The notes beneath the pieces were generated by a model. That model saw only the letters and a list, made by a program, of their open reading frames with translations, was not told the origin of the DNA and searched no databases. A program made the translations under genes and the position numbers. From an uncultured Acidimicrobiaceae bacterium (GTDB lineage Bacteria > Actinomycetota > Acidimicrobiia > Acidimicrobiales > Palsa-688), in NCBI GenBank assembly GCA_963735305.1, contig CAVTKK010000002.1, forward strand, positions 2,481 to 66,480: a stretch of DNA of 64,000 bases. Direction: 5' to 3'. Of this stretch, positions 10,459 to 20,520 are shown piece by piece; position 1 is the stretch's first letter, and each line of letters begins with the position of its first letter.

Positions 10459-11833
10459 CTAGAGGCCTGTTGCGCCTCCCAGCGCCGCGTGCAGGGCCGA
10501 GACGATACGTTCGGCCGCCGCCTCCGCCGCCTCCTGCGTGGGCGCCTCGACCATGACCCGGACCAGGGGCTCAGTCCCGCTCGGGCGCAGGAGCACCCGG
10601 CCCTGCTGGCCCAGGCCCCGTTCCGCCTCCTGTACCTCTTCCCATACGGCGGCGGCCTCGGCCAAGCCGTCCCGGTCGGCCACGGCCACGTTGCGCAGTA
10701 CCTGCGGCCAGCGCCGCAGGGCGGCCGTGGCCATGTCGGCCAGCTTGGCGTGGCGACGAGAAACCAGGTCGGCCAGGAGCAGACCGGAGAGTACCCCGTC
10801 CCCGGTCGTGGCCAGGGCGCGGAAAACGATGTGGCCCGACTGCTCGCCGCCCAGCGCCCAGCCTCGGGCGTCGAGGGCCTCGAGCACGTACCGGTCGCCT
10901 ACGCCGACGGTATGGACGTTGACCCCGGCGGCGGCCATGGCCTCGTGGAAACCGAGGTTCGTCATCACCGTGACCACGACCGTCCCGCCCACCAACAAGC
11001 CCCGTTGGGCAAGGTCGGTGGCGAACAGGGCCAGCAACCGGTCCCCATCGACCACGTTGCCGGAGGCATCGACGGCGATGACCCGGTCGGCGTCCCCGTC
11101 AAAGGCCAGGCCCAGGTCGGCGCGCTGGTTCACCACCGCCTCGACCAGGCGCCGGGGGTCGGTGGAGCCGCACCCGTCGTTGATGTTGGCCCCGTCGGGC
11201 TCGGCCGCCAGCACGCTCACCACGTCGGCGCCGGCGGCGGCGAAAACCTGGGGGGCGCTGAGGTAGGCGGCGCCGTTGGCGCAGTCGAGGGCCACCCGCA
11301 GGCCGGTCAAGCGCCTTCCCTCCAGGCAGCTCGAAGACGTACCGCTCGTAACGGGCCAAGGCCCCGGGGTCCGGGGTGATGCGACCGACCCCGGCCCCGG
11401 TGGGTGCTCCCGGCCGTTGGTGCGTGGCCAAGAGGGTGTCGAGCTCGGCTTCGAGGCCTTCCTCGACCTCATCGGAGAGCTTGGTACCTCCGGCGACGAA
11501 AAACTTGACTCCGTTGTCCCCGTACGGGTTGTGCGAAGCGGAAATGACTGCGGCCGCCACCCCCTGTTCGGCCGAAATGAAAGCGACCGCCGGCGTCGGT
11601 AGCACCCCTACATCGACCACGTCGACCCCTTCGCCGGCCAGCCCGGCCGAGAGGGCAGCTTGCAAGACGGGGCCCGACCAGCGCGTGTCCCGGCCGACGA
11701 TGAACCGCCGCCGCCCATCGAGGGGAGCCCCGCCCAGGGCCCGGGCGGCCGCCCGGCCCAGAGCCATAACAAGCTCCGGGCTCAGCTCGGCGTTGGCCAG
11801 GCCCCTTAAGCCGTCAGTGCCGAAGCGGAGCAT
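10459..11833 (-). CDS. glmM: phosphoglucosamine mutase, one frameshift near 11335-11345
   Basis: MLRFGTDGLRG, phosphoserine loop SASHNPYGDNG, DGDADR, GGEQSGH and RPSGTEP motifs. The N-terminal part is in ORF 11099..11833 and the rest in ORF 10459..11472. Confidence 0.9.
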
Positions 11834-11873
11834 CCGGGCTGTCCCAAAGAGAGCGCCGGCGTGGTGAGGCCGC

Positions 11874-12266
11874 TCAGCGCTTAGAGTACTGGGGCGCCTT
11901 GCGGGCCTTCTTCAAGCCGTACTTCTTCTGCTCCTTCTCCCGTGGGTCACGGGTGAGGAAACCGGCTCGCTTCAGGGGCAGGCGCAGCTCCGGCTCGAGC
12001 ACGGACAGAGCCCGGGCGATGCCGAGGCGCAGCGCTCCGGCCTGGCCCGATACTCCACCTCCGTCAAGGGTCGCATCCACGTCGTACTCCGTGGCCTTAT
12101 CGACCACCCTCAGGGGCTCGGTGAGCACCATCCGGTGGGTAGCCGAAGGAAAATACTCGTCGACGGCGCGCCGGTTGACCGTTATCTTCCCGTCCCCAGG
12201 GCGCAGGCGGACGCGGGCGATGGCGGCTTTGCGCCTGCCTGTGGACTGGATTAGGGGCTTAGGCAC
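11874..12266 (-). CDS. rpsI: 30S ribosomal protein S9
   Basis: [12 protein letters not shown]...[19 protein letters not shown]...[10 protein letters not shown]. Confidence 0.95.
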   Translation of the reverse strand: MPKPLIQSTGRRKAAIARVRLRPGDGKITVNRRAVDEYFPSATHRMVLTEPLRVVDKATEYDVDATLDGGGVSGQAGALRLGIARALSVLEPELRLPLKRAGFLTRDPREKEQKKYGLKKARKAPQYSKR

Positions 12267-12320
12267 TGACCGTGTTCTCCTCTTAGCGCCAGTTGTGTCG
12301 TGACGATGCCGGCAAGGTGC

Positions 12321-12773
12321 TCAGGCTACTCGGTGAGCCGAGTGGTCGAGGGGCCAGGGCTTGGGGGTCTGGGCGGCATGACGGTGCTCAGGCCCGGCGT
12401 AGACCTTGAGCTTGCGCAACATCTGGCGCCCCAAGGGGCCCTTGGGCAACATGCCCCTCACCGCTATGCGCACGACCTCCTCGGGCCGCTTGGCCAGGAG
12501 GTCGCTGTAGGAACGCATGCGGAGCCCGCCCGGGTAGCCGGAATGGCGGTAGTGGAACTTCTTGTCGGCCTTGGCCGCAGTGAGCACCACCTGGGCGGCG
12601 TTGACCACGATGACGTGGTCGCCCATGTCGAGGTGGGGCGTGAACGTGGCCTTGTGCTTGCCACGCAGGACACGCGCCACTTCGGTCGCGAGCCGGCCGA
12701 GGACGGCGCCGGAGGCGTCGACCTCGTACCACACGCGATGGATTTCGGCGGCTTTGGGAGAGTAGGTACGCAC
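12321..12773 (-). CDS. rplM: 50S ribosomal protein L13
   Basis: W..VDA....LGRLA..VA..LRGKHK..FTPH.D.GD.V.V.NA pattern; sits immediately upstream of rpsI. Confidence 0.95.
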   Translation of the reverse strand: MRTYSPKAAEIHRVWYEVDASGAVLGRLATEVARVLRGKHKATFTPHLDMGDHVIVVNAAQVVLTAAKADKKFHYRHSGYPGGLRMRSYSDLLAKRPEEVVRIAVRGMLPKGPLGRQMLRKLKVYAGPEHRHAAQTPKPWPLDHSAHRVA

Positions 12774-12928
12774 GGGCCCTTCACGTTAGTGGGCCCGGGC
12801 CGGATTGGCCAGCCGGTGGTCCGCCGCCGGGTGTACGGGGCGCCCCCGGGGGCCGACCGGCCGCCGGTGTTCGGGCTGCCTGGGCCGGTTTGTTAGGTGA
12901 CCCGCAACCCGCTCTAATGTAGGGCCTA

Positions 12929-13663
12929 GTGCACGACACGCTTCTAGCCTCGGTCCTCCGCTGGGGTTCGCCCACGGGCGTGACCCAACAGGACAGCAAC
13001 GTCCAGCGGCTCTGGGACGTCACCTACTACATCGCCATCCCCCTGGGGGCCATCGTCATCGGCCTGATCGTATGGTGCGCTGTGCGCTACCGGGCCCGGG
13101 CCGACGAGGACCACATCCCCCGCCAGATCCAGTACCACATCCCCCTCGAGGTGTTTTACACCATCGTCCCCATCGCCTTGGTAGCCGTGCTGTTCGTCTA
13201 CACCTACCAGGCCGAGGACAGCGAGGACAACGTGTCCCCCAACCCCGCTCTGGTGGTACGGGTAGACGCCTTCCAGTGGGGTTGGCGCTTCACCTACCCC
13301 AACGGGTACGAGGTCATCGGCAGCGTGGCCACCGAGCCCAGCATCAATAGCACGAGCCTGCCCGTGCTCACCCTGCCGGCCGGTGAGACGGTGCAGATAA
13401 ACCTGTACTCGGACGACGTGAACCATTCCTTCTACGTGCCCGCGTTCCTCTTCAAGCGGGACGCCATCCAGGGTATAAACAACTCCTTCGACTTCAACAT
13501 CGACCCCAGCGTGGCCGGACAGCGGTTTGTCGGCGAGTGCACGCAGTTCTGCGGTACGTACCACCCCTTCATGCGGTTCTGGTTGCAGGTGGTGGCGAAA
13601 AGCTCGTTCAGTACGTGGCTCTCCGAGCACCACGGCCTGAACACGACGGTTTCGGAAGGGTAA
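12929..13663 (+). CDS. ctaC: cytochrome c oxidase subunit II (CuA)
   Basis: FQWGWRF, VNHSFYVPAFLFKRD and the CuA ligands CTQFCGTYHPFM. GTG start is bounded by an in-frame TAG at 12920. The N-terminus is shorter than typical actinobacterial CtaC (see findings). Confidence 0.85.
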   Translation: MHDTLLASVLRWGSPTGVTQQDSNVQRLWDVTYYIAIPLGAIVIGLIVWCAVRYRARADEDHIPRQIQYHIPLEVFYTIVPIALVAVLFVYTYQAEDSEDNVSPNPALVVRVDAFQWGWRFTYPNGYEVIGSVATEPSINSTSLPVLTLPAGETVQINLYSDDVNHSFYVPAFLFKRDAIQGINNSFDFNIDPSVAGQRFVGECTQFCGTYHPFMRFWLQVVAKSSFSTWLSEHHGLNTTVSEG

Positions 13664-13673
13664 GTAAGACACG

Positions 13674-15557
13674 ATGACCCTGCTCCAGGAGCGTCCCCAG
13701 CAACACGAGGCCCCTGAACGCCGGCTGGTCGAGATCGTCCCCGGCCAAGAGCAAGGGACTTCTCGCCTACCTGACCAGTACCGACCACAAGCAGATCGGG
13801 GTCAACTACATGGTGACGAGCTTCATCATGTTCTTGATCGCCGGCGCCATGGCCGTGCTCATGCGGGTCCAGCTGGCGGTGCCCAACAACAACTTCATGA
13901 GCCTGGAGACGTACAACCAGCTCTTCACCATGCACGGCAGCATCATGCTGTTCCTGTTCCTGGGGCCGTTCGGGTTCGGCACCGCCAACTACCTGGTACC
14001 GCTGCAGATCGGTGCCCCCGATATGGCCTTCCCCCGGTTCAACGCCTTTTCCTACTGGCTTTTCCTGGGCGGCTGCATCACCATGACGTCGGGCTTCCTG
14101 ACTTCGTCGGGTGCCGCCGACTGGGGCTGGTTCGCCTATGCCCCCCTCACCGAGGCCATCCACTCACCGGGCGTCGGTGGCGACCTGTGGCTGGTGGGGG
14201 TGGCCCTGGCCGGCTTTTCGGGCATCTTCACCGCCGTCAATGTCATTACCACCGTCTTTTGCCTGAGGGCCCCGGGCATGGTCATGTTCCGCATGCCCAT
14301 CTTCACCTGGAACCAGCTCGTCACCGCCTTCCTGGTGCTGCTCGCCTTCCCCGTGCTCACTGCCGCCGTAGTCCTGATCTGGGCCGATCGGCACATGGGC
14401 ACGCACTTCTTCGACCCCACTCATGGGGGTCAGCCCATCCTGTGGCAAAACCTGTTCTGGTTTTTCGGCCACCCCGAGGTCTACATCCTGGCTCTCCCGT
14501 TCTTCGGGATGGCCACGGAGGTCATCTCGACCTTTTCCCGCAAGCCCGTGTTCGGTTACAAGGGCATGGTCTTCGCCACCCTGTCCATCGGCGCCCTGTC
14601 CATGGGTGTGTGGGCCCACCACATGTACACCACGGGTGCCGTGCTGCTGCCCTTCTTCGCCATCATGACCCTGCTCATATCCGTGCCTACGGGCATCAAG
14701 TTCTTCAACTGGATCGGCACCATGTTCCGGGGTTCGGTGAGGCTGGACACGCCCATGCTGTTCGCCCTTGGCTTCCTCATCTGCTTCCTGCTCGGGGGGT
14801 TCACCGGCATCATGCTGGCCGAGCCCCCCCTGGACTTCCAGCTCCACGACACCTACTTCGTGGTGGCCCACTTCCACTACGTGCTCTTCGGGGGCTCGGT
14901 TTTCGCCGCCTTCGCCGGCATCCACTACTGGTTCCCGAAGTTCACCGGGCGCAAGCTCGACGAGCGCCTGGGCAAGCTCACTTTCGTGCTCATGTTCATA
15001 GGCTTCAACCTGACGTTCTTCCCCCAGCACGACCTCGGGCTGCGGGGCATGCAGCGGCGCATCGCCGTGTACCCGTCCAACGCCGGCTGGAACTTCCTCA
15101 ACATGTTGTCGTCCATCGGGGCTTTCATCCTCGCCGCCTCGATCCTGCCCTTCCTGCTCAACGTGTGGGTCACCCTGCGCACCGGCAAGAAGGTCGGGCC
15201 TAACCCGTGGGACGGCATGACGCTTCGAAGTGGGCGACCGAGTCGCCACCGCTCGAGCACAACTTCGAGTTCCTGCCCCCCATCCGCTCCGAGAGGCCTG
15301 TCTGGGACCTCAACCATCCCGACCACGGCACCCTCCCGCACGGCAAGCACGCCCACCAGCTCGCCCTCCTGGCCGCTCAGCGAGCCGAGGGCGCCGGTGC
15401 GGTGGGGGGGCAGCTCGCGGGTAGGGACGGTGGTGCCGCGGGCGCCGTCGACGCCGGGAACGGGGACGTCGCCCACGGCAACGGGGGCGCCAACGGTGGG
15501 GGCCATGACCCCACCGCCCCCGGCGACGGGGGCACCGCCACCGAGGGGGAGGCCTGA
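13674..15557 (+). CDS. ctaD: cytochrome c oxidase subunit I, two frameshifts (about 13717-13750 and 15205-15225)
   Basis: [13 protein letters not shown]..., [19 protein letters not shown] and [12 protein letters not shown] motifs in ORF 13810..15564. The ATG and first codons are in frame 0 (13674...). The conserved tail [30 protein letters not shown] is in ORF 15207..15557. The stop could alternatively be at 15564. Confidence 0.85.
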
Positions 15558-15560
15558 GCG

Positions 15561-15947
15561 ATGAAGCATGAGTGGCACTTGGCTCTCGGCACGGCCGTTT
15601 TCCTCGGTGTTACGGCCACGGTCTACTTTGCCTGGGGCGGTGAGTTCTCGGGGACGGTCATGCTTACGTTCGGCGCCTGCGCCTACGCCATCATGTTCGG
15701 CTACATCCTGTTGCAGTACCTTCGCCGTCACCGGATCCCCCGGGTGGAGGACCGGGACGCCCGTCCCGAGGAGGGCGCCGGGGAGATCAGCTTCTTCCCG
15801 GGCAACAGCATCTGGCCGGCGGCGATGGGGCTGGGCGCCGTGTCGTTGGCCATCGGCCTCGCCTTCGGCAAATGGTTCTGGGCCATCGGCGGCGTCCTGC
15901 TCGTCGGCGCCATCATCGGTTTTGCCGTAGAAGCCGAAGCCCGCTGA
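15561..15947 (+). CDS. ctaF: cytochrome c oxidase subunit IV, actinobacterial CtaF type
   Basis: 128-aa four-helix membrane protein directly after ctaD. GGAGG-like site 7 nt upstream of the ATG. Sequence pattern ...FFPGNSIWP...[16 protein letters not shown]. Confidence 0.75.
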   Translation: MKHEWHLALGTAVFLGVTATVYFAWGGEFSGTVMLTFGACAYAIMFGYILLQYLRRHRIPRVEDRDARPEEGAGEISFFPGNSIWPAAMGLGAVSLAIGLAFGKWFWAIGGVLLVGAIIGFAVEAEAR

Positions 15948-15990
15948 GCCGCCGCTCGGCCCGCCTCCAGACGGGCTGAGGGCCCCTCGC

Positions 15991-16320
15991 TCAGTTGACT
16001 CGGCCGTCCCCTCGCGCCCGAGCCAGTACCCGGACCAAACGGCTGGCAAACTCGCCTATGGGCACGCCGGTGAAGAGTACGCGCTTGTCCCTGGACGTCT
16101 CTCCCCCGGTCAGGTGGAGCGATGCCGATGGGGAACCGAACTCCCGAGCCAGCAGGCGCAGCACCGCCGCATTGGCCCGGCCCGACACCGCCGGCGCCTG
16201 TACCCGCAGCTTCAAGGCGTTGCCGTGGACGCCCACGACGCCCTCACGCCCGGCACCGGGCTGGACGTGCAGCCTGAGGACGGGGCCGTCACGGCCGGCG
16301 TCGTAAAGGTCGCAGCTCAC
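15991..16320 (-). CDS. DUF167 (YggU-like) family protein
   Basis: L.LHVQPGAGREGV.G.HG..LKLRV.APAV.GRAN.A....LA pattern. GTG at 16320 overlaps the stop of the upstream flavoprotein gene (GTGA). Confidence 0.7.
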   Translation of the reverse strand: MSCDLYDAGRDGPVLRLHVQPGAGREGVVGVHGNALKLRVQAPAVSGRANAAVLRLLAREFGSPSASLHLTGGETSRDKRVLFTGVPIGEFASRLVRVLARARGDGRVN

Positions 16321-17684
16321 TCGGCCGCGTCGGCCAGCGCCTCGGCCAGGGAGGGATGGACCAGGCAGCTCTCGACGACGTCTGTGACTCTCAGCCCCAC
16401 GGTCACGGCCAGGGCGATCACCGAGATCAGCTCCGAAGCCTGGCTGCCCACGATGCAGCCGCCCAGGACGACGCCCGTGGCCGGGTCCGAGATGATCTTT
16501 ACGAACCCCCTGGGGTCGTCGTTTATCAGCGCTCGGGCCGAGGAGCCGAACGGCACCTTTGTGACCCGGATCTTGCGCCCGCTGGCGAACGCCTCCGCCT
16601 CGGCCAGGCCCACATCGGCGATCTCCGGCTCGGTGAACACGGCCGACGCCGCCTTGTCGTAATCGATGTGGCGGTGCTCGCGAGTGTGAAGGCCCATGAT
16701 GTGCTCGGCGACCTTACGGCCCTGCATAGTGGCGACCGACGACAGGGGCAACTTGCCGGAGACGTCGCCGGCGGCGTAGATGTGGCCGACGTTGGTCTGG
16801 CAATGATGGTTGACCGCTACGTAGCCCCACTCGTCCAGCGCGACGCCCGCCTTTTCCAAGCCCAGGTGGTCGGAATTGGGGACCGAGCCCACGGCCAGGA
16901 GCAAGTGGCTCCCCCGGACGGCCCGGCCGTCATCGCAGTAGACGACGACGCCGTTAGCCAACCGCTCAACCGTCTCGGCCCGGGCGCCCTTGAAGAGCCG
17001 GACGCCCCGGCGCAGCAACTCCTCCTCCAGGGCCGCGGCCACCTCGGCGTCCTTGTGGGGAAGCACGTGCTGGCGGCTGACGATCAGGCTCACCTTCGAC
17101 CCGATCGAGCTGAACATATGAACGAACTCGACCCCGGTCACCCCCGAGCCCACCACGACCAGGTGCTCGGGGAGCTCGGGAGGCGGGTAGGCCTGGCGCG
17201 TGGTCAGGATGCGCTCACCGTCGGGACGAGCCCAATCGGGTACGCGCGGGCGGCTGCCGGTGGAGACGACTATGGCGTCGGCCTCCAGTTCCTCCTCCTC
17301 ACCGTCGCCCGCACGGACGGCGACGGTGCGAGAGCCGGCCAGCCGACCCTCACCACGGACGATGCGCACGCCTTGGGAGCCGAGCAGCTCCTCGACCGAG
17401 CGCTGCAGCCGGGAACTGATCGCCCCGATGCGAGCACGCAGGGCTTCGTAGTCGATCTCGCCGTGGCTCGAGGCAGCCGAAAAACCCAACCCGCCCAGCC
17501 GGCGCGAGAAATTGAGCGCACCGGCGGTGGCGATCATGGCCTTGGACGGGATGCAATCCCGGAGATGGGCGGCGCCGCCCACGATGTCGCGCTCGACCAG
17601 GGTGACGCGAGCGCCCAGGCTGGCCGCCCGGCTGGCCGCCTGGTTGCCCCCCGGTCCTCCGCCGATCACGACGACCTTGATCAT
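16317..17684 (-). CDS. pyridine nucleotide-disulfide oxidoreductase, LpdA (Rv3303c)-like NAD(P)H quinone reductase type
   Basis: FAD motif MIKVVVIGGGPGG, NAD motif VVVGSGVTGVEF and a C-terminal dimerisation domain. The active-site stretch GGAAHLRDCIPSK keeps only one of the two redox cysteines of true Lpd (GG.C...GC.PSK). ATG at 17682-17684. Confidence 0.75.
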   Translation of the reverse strand: MIKVVVIGGGPGGNQAASRAASLGARVTLVERDIVGGAAHLRDCIPSKAMIATAGALNFSRRLGGLGFSAASSHGEIDYEALRARIGAISSRLQRSVEELLGSQGVRIVRGEGRLAGSRTVAVRAGDGEEEELEADAIVVSTGSRPRVPDWARPDGERILTTRQAYPPPELPEHLVVVGSGVTGVEFVHMFSSIGSKVSLIVSRQHVLPHKDAEVAAALEEELLRRGVRLFKGARAETVERLANGVVVYCDDGRAVRGSHLLLAVGSVPNSDHLGLEKAGVALDEWGYVAVNHHCQTNVGHIYAAGDVSGKLPLSSVATMQGRKVAEHIMGLHTREHRHIDYDKAASAVFTEPEIADVGLAEAEAFASGRKIRVTKVPFGSSARALINDDPRGFVKIISDPATGVVLGGCIVGSQASELISVIALAVTVGLRVTDVVESCLVHPSLAEALADAAE

Positions 17685-17703
17685 CGCGTCTCGGCCAACG
17701 AGG

Positions 17704-18639
17704 TCAGCCTTCGGTCTGCGCCGCAGGGGCCGGCCCGGTGCCCTCGGCGGGTACCGCCGGCCCCGCCGTCTGAGCCTCGGCCCCGGCACCGCTCCCCCTT
17801 TGGTCTGCGGTGACCGAGCCCGTCCCCAGGGCCGCGGCCGGCTGGCTGTCGCCCCCGAGGGCTTGACGGTACGAGGCGGGAAGTTGGGCCGCGCCCCCCT
17901 GGTCGCCCACCGGCAGGCCCATCTGCTGGCGCATCTGTTCCAGGCGCATCTGCGCCTCGGAGTTGACCCCGGCCTGTTCGACCTCGAGCATGCGGGACTC
18001 GACGCTCTGCCCGGACAGCTCGGCCGTGCCCAATGCTTTGGCGTACTGAGCCTCGATCTTGGCTCGCACGTCGTCGAACGTGGGCACGTCCTGGTCCACG
18101 GTCTGGGAGAGGCTGGCCATAGCCGTGTTGAGTTGTTGCTGCATACGGGTCTGATCGAGCTGCGAGAGGAGCTTCTGGCGTTCGGCCAGCTTCTGCTGCA
18201 GCAGGCTGGCGTTTTGGGCCACCGCGGCCCGGGCCTGGTCGGCCGCCTGAGCGGCCTGAAGGTGCATCGTCTTCAGGTCTTCCACCCGCTTCTCGGTGGC
18301 GATGAGGCGGTTGGCAAAAGCCTGAGCCGTCTGGTTGTACTCGGTCGCCTTAGCCGTGTCGCCCCGGCGGGCGGCGTCGTCGGCCATGGTCAGGGCCTGC
18401 CTGGTGGTGCCACTGATGCGCTCGAGCTCCTGCATCGAGCGGTTCAGCTGGAGCTCGGTCTGTTTCTGGTTGGCGATGACGCTGGCGGCCTGCTCCACCA
18501 GCCGCCGGTGCTGGTCCTGGGCCTCCACCATGGCCTGCTCGAGCTGGACCTTCGGGTCGGCGGTCTCCTCGAACCGCCCCGAGAGCTTGGCGGTGAGGTA
18601 CTTCCAGCGGCGCTTTATTACTTTCCACATACTGCGCAT
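17704..18639 (-). CDS. pspA: PspA/IM30 (phage shock protein A) family protein with an Ala/Gly/Gln-rich C-terminal tail
   Basis: Characteristic long coiled coil: DPKVQLEQAMVEAQDQHRRLVEQAASVIANQKQ...; about 220-aa PspA core plus a roughly 90-aa low-complexity tail. Confidence 0.85.
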   Translation of the reverse strand: MRSMWKVIKRRWKYLTAKLSGRFEETADPKVQLEQAMVEAQDQHRRLVEQAASVIANQKQTELQLNRSMQELERISGTTRQALTMADDAARRGDTAKATEYNQTAQAFANRLIATEKRVEDLKTMHLQAAQAADQARAAVAQNASLLQQKLAERQKLLSQLDQTRMQQQLNTAMASLSQTVDQDVPTFDDVRAKIEAQYAKALGTAELSGQSVESRMLEVEQAGVNSEAQMRLEQMRQQMGLPVGDQGGAAQLPASYRQALGGDSQPAAALGTGSVTADQRGSGAGAEAQTAGPAVPAEGTGPAPAAQTEG

Positions 18640-18698
18640 GCTAGGACCGGGCCGGCCCGGGAGCGACTCCGGTATGGCCCCCTGTTTTCCCGGGCCCG

Positions 18699-19478
18699 CT
18701 AACCGGCAGGCTCTCCCGGTGCCGGTTCCGGGAGTATGTGACGCGTCTCTTCCAGCGCCCGGGCCAGCGAACTCAGCTGCGAGGAGACGAGCGATAGGTC
18801 GGCGCCGGGCACACCGGCACTCACCACCAGCTCACCGGCCGCGGCCACCAGGCCCTCCAGCTGGGCGCTCAGCGTCGAGAGCTGAGCCGATACCTGGGCC
18901 GCCACGCTGTCCAGGTGCCGCAAAGACCGGAGCTCGGACGCCAGGGCCTCCTCTCCGCTCTCCAGTGCCGCCCGGTCGGCCCCGTGGGTGGAGGCGGCCA
19001 CCGTCTGGGCGGCATCCAGCTCTTGGGCGACCTTGCGGGACCGGCCGGGGGCGCCGGCCAAGGTGGCGCCGCTACGGGCCAGCGCCCAGTACTCCTCGAC
19101 CGCGCCCTCCACTTCTCCGAGGGCCCGGGACAGGTAATCGGCGACAGGACCGGGCGGGCAGTCGCGGGCCAGTTGGCGCAGGGCCTTGCGAGCGTCGAGG
19201 GCCCGCGTGGTATAGCCCCGCCACGGCTCGGGCACGGACCAGGGGTCGATCCGGGCCAGATGGCGGCGGCCCCGGCGGCGCAGGGCACTTCGCCGCCGTA
19301 CCGCCGACCAGGCGACGCGGGCCCCGTAGCCGGCGGCGCCGAACACCAGGGCCACGGCCAGCCCCAAATGGGCCGCCTCGCCGATGGCGACACCGGCCCC
19401 GGCCAGGACGATCGCCGTGGGCGAGGTGGCCGCCCGGGCCACGCTGGGCAGGCGGTTCTCCGGCGGCTTTTCGAGCAC
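18699..19478 (-). CDS. hypothetical membrane protein (two N-terminal TM helices + coiled-coil C-terminal part) upstream of pspA
   Basis: Hydrophobic stretches AIVLAGAGVAIGEAAHLGLAVALVFGAAGYG followed by a helical Ala/Leu/Glu-rich region. The GTG at 19478 is chosen so as not to overlap the divergent gene. The start is uncertain. Confidence 0.5.
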   Translation of the reverse strand: MLEKPPENRLPSVARAATSPTAIVLAGAGVAIGEAAHLGLAVALVFGAAGYGARVAWSAVRRRSALRRRGRRHLARIDPWSVPEPWRGYTTRALDARKALRQLARDCPPGPVADYLSRALGEVEGAVEEYWALARSGATLAGAPGRSRKVAQELDAAQTVAASTHGADRAALESGEEALASELRSLRHLDSVAAQVSAQLSTLSAQLEGLVAAAGELVVSAGVPGADLSLVSSQLSSLARALEETRHILPEPAPGEPAG

Positions 19479-19533
19479 CGTTAAAGGGTACGTCGCCCGG
19501 AATAGGGGACCGGGCCCGCCGTTGGGAGGGGAT

Positions 19534-20481
19534 ATGGCAATGGCGGTGGTGGCGGCCGCGTTTGGCGGCCCTGACGTCCTCTCCCTGGTAGAAGTGGCTG
19601 TGGGCCTGCCCCGCCCCGGCCAGGTCCTGATCGAGGTCCGGGCCGCCGGCGTCAACCCGGCCGACTACAAGATGTACTCGGGCGTCTACGGCACCGATCC
19701 GTCATCGCTCCCCATCCGATTGGGTTACGAGGCCTCCGGCGTGGTCCGGGCCGTCGGCGACGGCGCCGAGGGCCCCGGCGGTCCGCTCCACGTCGGCGAC
19801 GAGGTCATCGCCTACCCGGTCCGCGGCGCTTACGCCACCGAGCTGGTGGCACCGGCGTCCAGCGTGCTGGCCAAACCGGCCGGACTTTCTTTCGACCGGG
19901 CGAGCGGCTTGATGCTGGCCGGTGTGACCGCCGCCCATGCGCTCCACGCCACCGACGTCGGTGTGGGCGACACGGTCGTGGTCCACGGGGCCGCCGGGGG
20001 CGTGGGCCTCATGGCGGCCCAGCTCGCCGTCAACGCCAGGGCACGCGTTATCGGCACAGCCAGTGAGAAGAACCACGACCTTCTGCGCCAGCTGGGAGCC
20101 GAGCCGGTGGGTTATGGGGACGGCCTCCTCGAGCGCATCCGCGCCCTGGCCCCGGACGGGGTGGACGCCGCCATCGACTGTGTGGGCACCGACGAAGCCA
20201 TTGACACCTCGCTGGCGCTGGTCGCCGACCGGGGCCGGGTGGCCACCATCGCCGCCTTCGGGCGAGGCTCGGCTGAGGGCATCAAGGTGCTCGGGACGGG
20301 GCCGGGAGGCGACCCCGGAACCGAGGTGAGGGCGGCGGCCCGCGCCGGCCTGGTGCGTCTGGCCGAAAAGGGCATGCTCAAGGTGATAATGGCTGGTACC
20401 TACCCTCTGGCCGAAGCCGCCGCCGCCCACCGGGCCCTGGCCGCGGGCCATACTCGGGGCAAGATCGCCCTGCTCCCATAG
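19534..20481 (+). CDS. NADPH:quinone oxidoreductase / zinc-type alcohol dehydrogenase superfamily (MDR) protein
   Basis: GQVLIEVRAAGVNPADY... and the Rossmann motif VVVHGAAGGVGLMAAQLA. GGGAGGG lies 6 nt upstream of the ATG at 19534. Confidence 0.8.
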   Translation: MAMAVVAAAFGGPDVLSLVEVAVGLPRPGQVLIEVRAAGVNPADYKMYSGVYGTDPSSLPIRLGYEASGVVRAVGDGAEGPGGPLHVGDEVIAYPVRGAYATELVAPASSVLAKPAGLSFDRASGLMLAGVTAAHALHATDVGVGDTVVVHGAAGGVGLMAAQLAVNARARVIGTASEKNHDLLRQLGAEPVGYGDGLLERIRALAPDGVDAAIDCVGTDEAIDTSLALVADRGRVATIAAFGRGSAEGIKVLGTGPGGDPGTEVRAAARAGLVRLAEKGMLKVIMAGTYPLAEAAAAHRALAAGHTRGKIALLP

Positions 20482-20520
20482 GAATACCGCCGAGCCCGCG
20501 ACGGCGGGCAATATAGCCGG

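Noticed and set aside
13674-15203. 509-aa frame-0 ORF that starts at the ctaD ATG and overlaps the whole ctaD region.
   Set aside because: Only the first ~15-25 codons look like CtaD. After the frameshift the conserved oxidase sequence is in the frame of ORF 13810..15564. The rest of frame 0 is an open-frame artefact.
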